A stretch of DNA of 15,212 nt from Candidatus Hermodarchaeota archaeon (GTDB taxonomy: Archaea; Asgardarchaeota; Hermodarchaeia; Hermodarchaeales; Hermodarchaeaceae): the NCBI GenBank assembly GCA_016839365.1, contig JAEOUH010000092.1:1-15212 (forward strand). The letters are read 5' to 3'. The notes beneath the pieces are model-generated. The model was not told the DNA's origin, ran no database searches, and worked only from the letters and a program-made list of their open reading frames with translations. Positions 14,049 through 15,212 of the stretch are shown here, in pieces. The position numbers and the translations under genes are program-made. How positions within the stretch are numbered: position 1 is the stretch's first letter; every line of letters starts with the position of its first letter.

Positions 14049-15212
14049 ATGAAACGTGACAAAAATTGGGCTATATCAGCGATCCTTGCTCTCCCCTTTG
14101 CTTGGGTCATCGCGTTTCTCTTATTCATGCATCCAGTTTTTCTATCTGATCCGGTTCTTCTTCTCCCAGTGATAATCGGATTATTCCTCGGCCTCCTAGT
14201 CGGGGGCTTTATTGCAGACAAACTGCCTGGACGAAACCTTCTCCTTGTTCTCTTTCATGTAATGATTCTGGTTATCGGAATCGCACAATGGATACTTCCA
14301 ACAGGATTTTGGAACTCCTTATTCGGTCAGCTTCTGCTTGCCTTTCTCCTTTTCCTGTTCGGCAGCGATCTTGTACTCTTCACTGTTTTTCTCAACCGAT
14401 TAGTATCTAGTGTGAATCGTGAAAGAGTCGTAGCTATTACGACTGCAGTCAGTCTTTTTTTCTCGGGTCTCTTTCTGTTCTCATGGAAATTTTTTGGCGG
14501 AACAAATTTCGCTCCTACGGTTACAGCCGGACTGATTCTCTTCAGTCTACTGGTCGTGTTTTTCATTCAACCGTGGAAGGGAGAACTACAAACTTATTTG
14601 GTTCCAGGTTTTATCCGACCCTATGCAGCCTGGTGGGTCATCTACTTAGCCGCGTTCGGGTTGTATGTCTGGGCGACACGACTCGAATATCGTCATTTGT
14701 TCAATGGCTTATTTTACAACGCACCAGAACTTCTTCCTCCAGAACTTGTTTTGATGGGCTTTTGTGGAGCCGCCCTCCTTTTTGCCCTAGTACCTTATAG
14801 ATTTGGAAGAAAAGTCGTGTTCAACATCGGCACACTTCTTTTGGGCTTACTCTGCATCTTTGGGGGCGCTCATGAGGAATTGTTGATTGCCGATACTGTT
14901 TCCATCGTCTTATCAATCTTATCGGCTTTTGTTGTTGCTTTCATAATTGGAGTGGGGGCCTGGCTCGTCTGGGCTGAAATTGGATCAGTTCGGATGAAAG
15001 GCCGTCGCGCTGCATTTGGATGGTTGATGGTAGGGTGTCTTATTGGGATTATTTGGTGCATTACTGTATTCTCATCCTACTCATTGACTCCGTTGCTTGT
15101 ATACCCCATTGCGGCTTCTCTGGTACTAATCAGCATATTTCCATTGACAAACGCCCGAGAGGTAATATGGAATGAACGCCTCGTTGAGGACATCGATGTA
15201 AGTGTGGACAGC
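14049..15212 (+). CDS. 3'-truncated MFS-like polytopic membrane protein
   Basis: Translated by hand: open from ATG 14049 (GGAG at 14036-14039) to the window end, 388 codons, MKRDKNWAISAILALPFAW...; about 12 hydrophobic segments; motif-A-like GGFIADKLPGR and its second-half echo LVPYRFGRK; WAEIGSVRMKGR. Absent from the ORF track because there is no stop codon in the window. Confidence 0.8.
   Translation, partial: MKRDKNWAISAILALPFAWVIAFLLFMHPVFLSDPVLLLPVIIGLFLGLLVGGFIADKLPGRNLLLVLFHVMILVIGIAQWILPTGFWNSLFGQLLLAFLLFLFGSDLVLFTVFLNRLVSSVNRERVVAITTAVSLFFSGLFLFSWKFFGGTNFAPTVTAGLILFSLLVVFFIQPWKGELQTYLVPGFIRPYAAWWVIYLAAFGLYVWATRLEYRHLFNGLFYNAPELLPPELVLMGFCGAALLFALVPYRFGRKVVFNIGTLLLGLLCIFGGAHEELLIADTVSIVLSILSAFVVAFIIGVGAWLVWAEIGSVRMKGRRAAFGWLMVGCLIGIIWCITVFSSYSLTPLLVYPIAASLVLISIFPLTNAREVIWNERLVEDIDVSVDS

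Noticed and set aside
14003-15061. Short ORFs 14003-14221, 14327-14566, 14870-15061 (-) and 14483-14800 (+)
   Set aside because: Antisense or off-frame shadows of the long MFS-like reading frame starting at 14049.
1-15212. CRISPR array, tRNA/rRNA, transposase or cobalamin riboswitch
   Set aside because: Intergenic gaps are all under about 180 nt, and by eye I found no spaced direct repeats, cloverleaf, transposase motif or riboswitch-like leader; a covariance-model scan would be needed to exclude small RNAs.

Overview
Archaeal chromosomal window, most likely from an Asgard archaeon (inference from TFB plus longin-, roadblock- and Arf-type proteins and an IPGF-TM-RRRRR C-terminal anchor). Left to right: a truncated gelsolin-like ORF; a 58-aa WH2/actobindin-like microprotein; a flavodoxin-like Fe-S flavoprotein; acylphosphatase; a small Zn-ribbon protein; a longin-Arf-like GTPase fusion; a cysK-corrinoid protein-non-pyrrolysine MttB cluster; sfsA; an MtaA/CmuA-type methyltransferase; tfb; a surface-anchored gingipain (C25)-like protein; a MinD/ParA ATPase with an atypical Walker A; a longin-roadblock-winged-helix protein; and an MFS-like membrane protein running off the right edge (missing from the ORF track). 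The most interesting signals are (1) a candidate actin-regulator pair (gelsolin-like domain plus tandem WH2-like peptide) at 2-569, (2) the longin-roadblock-wHTH gene next to the Arg-variant MinD, and (3) a corrinoid methyl-transfer module coupled to a cysteine synthase homolog. All family calls come from motifs read by eye and recalled family knowledge; no searches were run. I saw no rRNA, tRNA, CRISPR array or mobile element.
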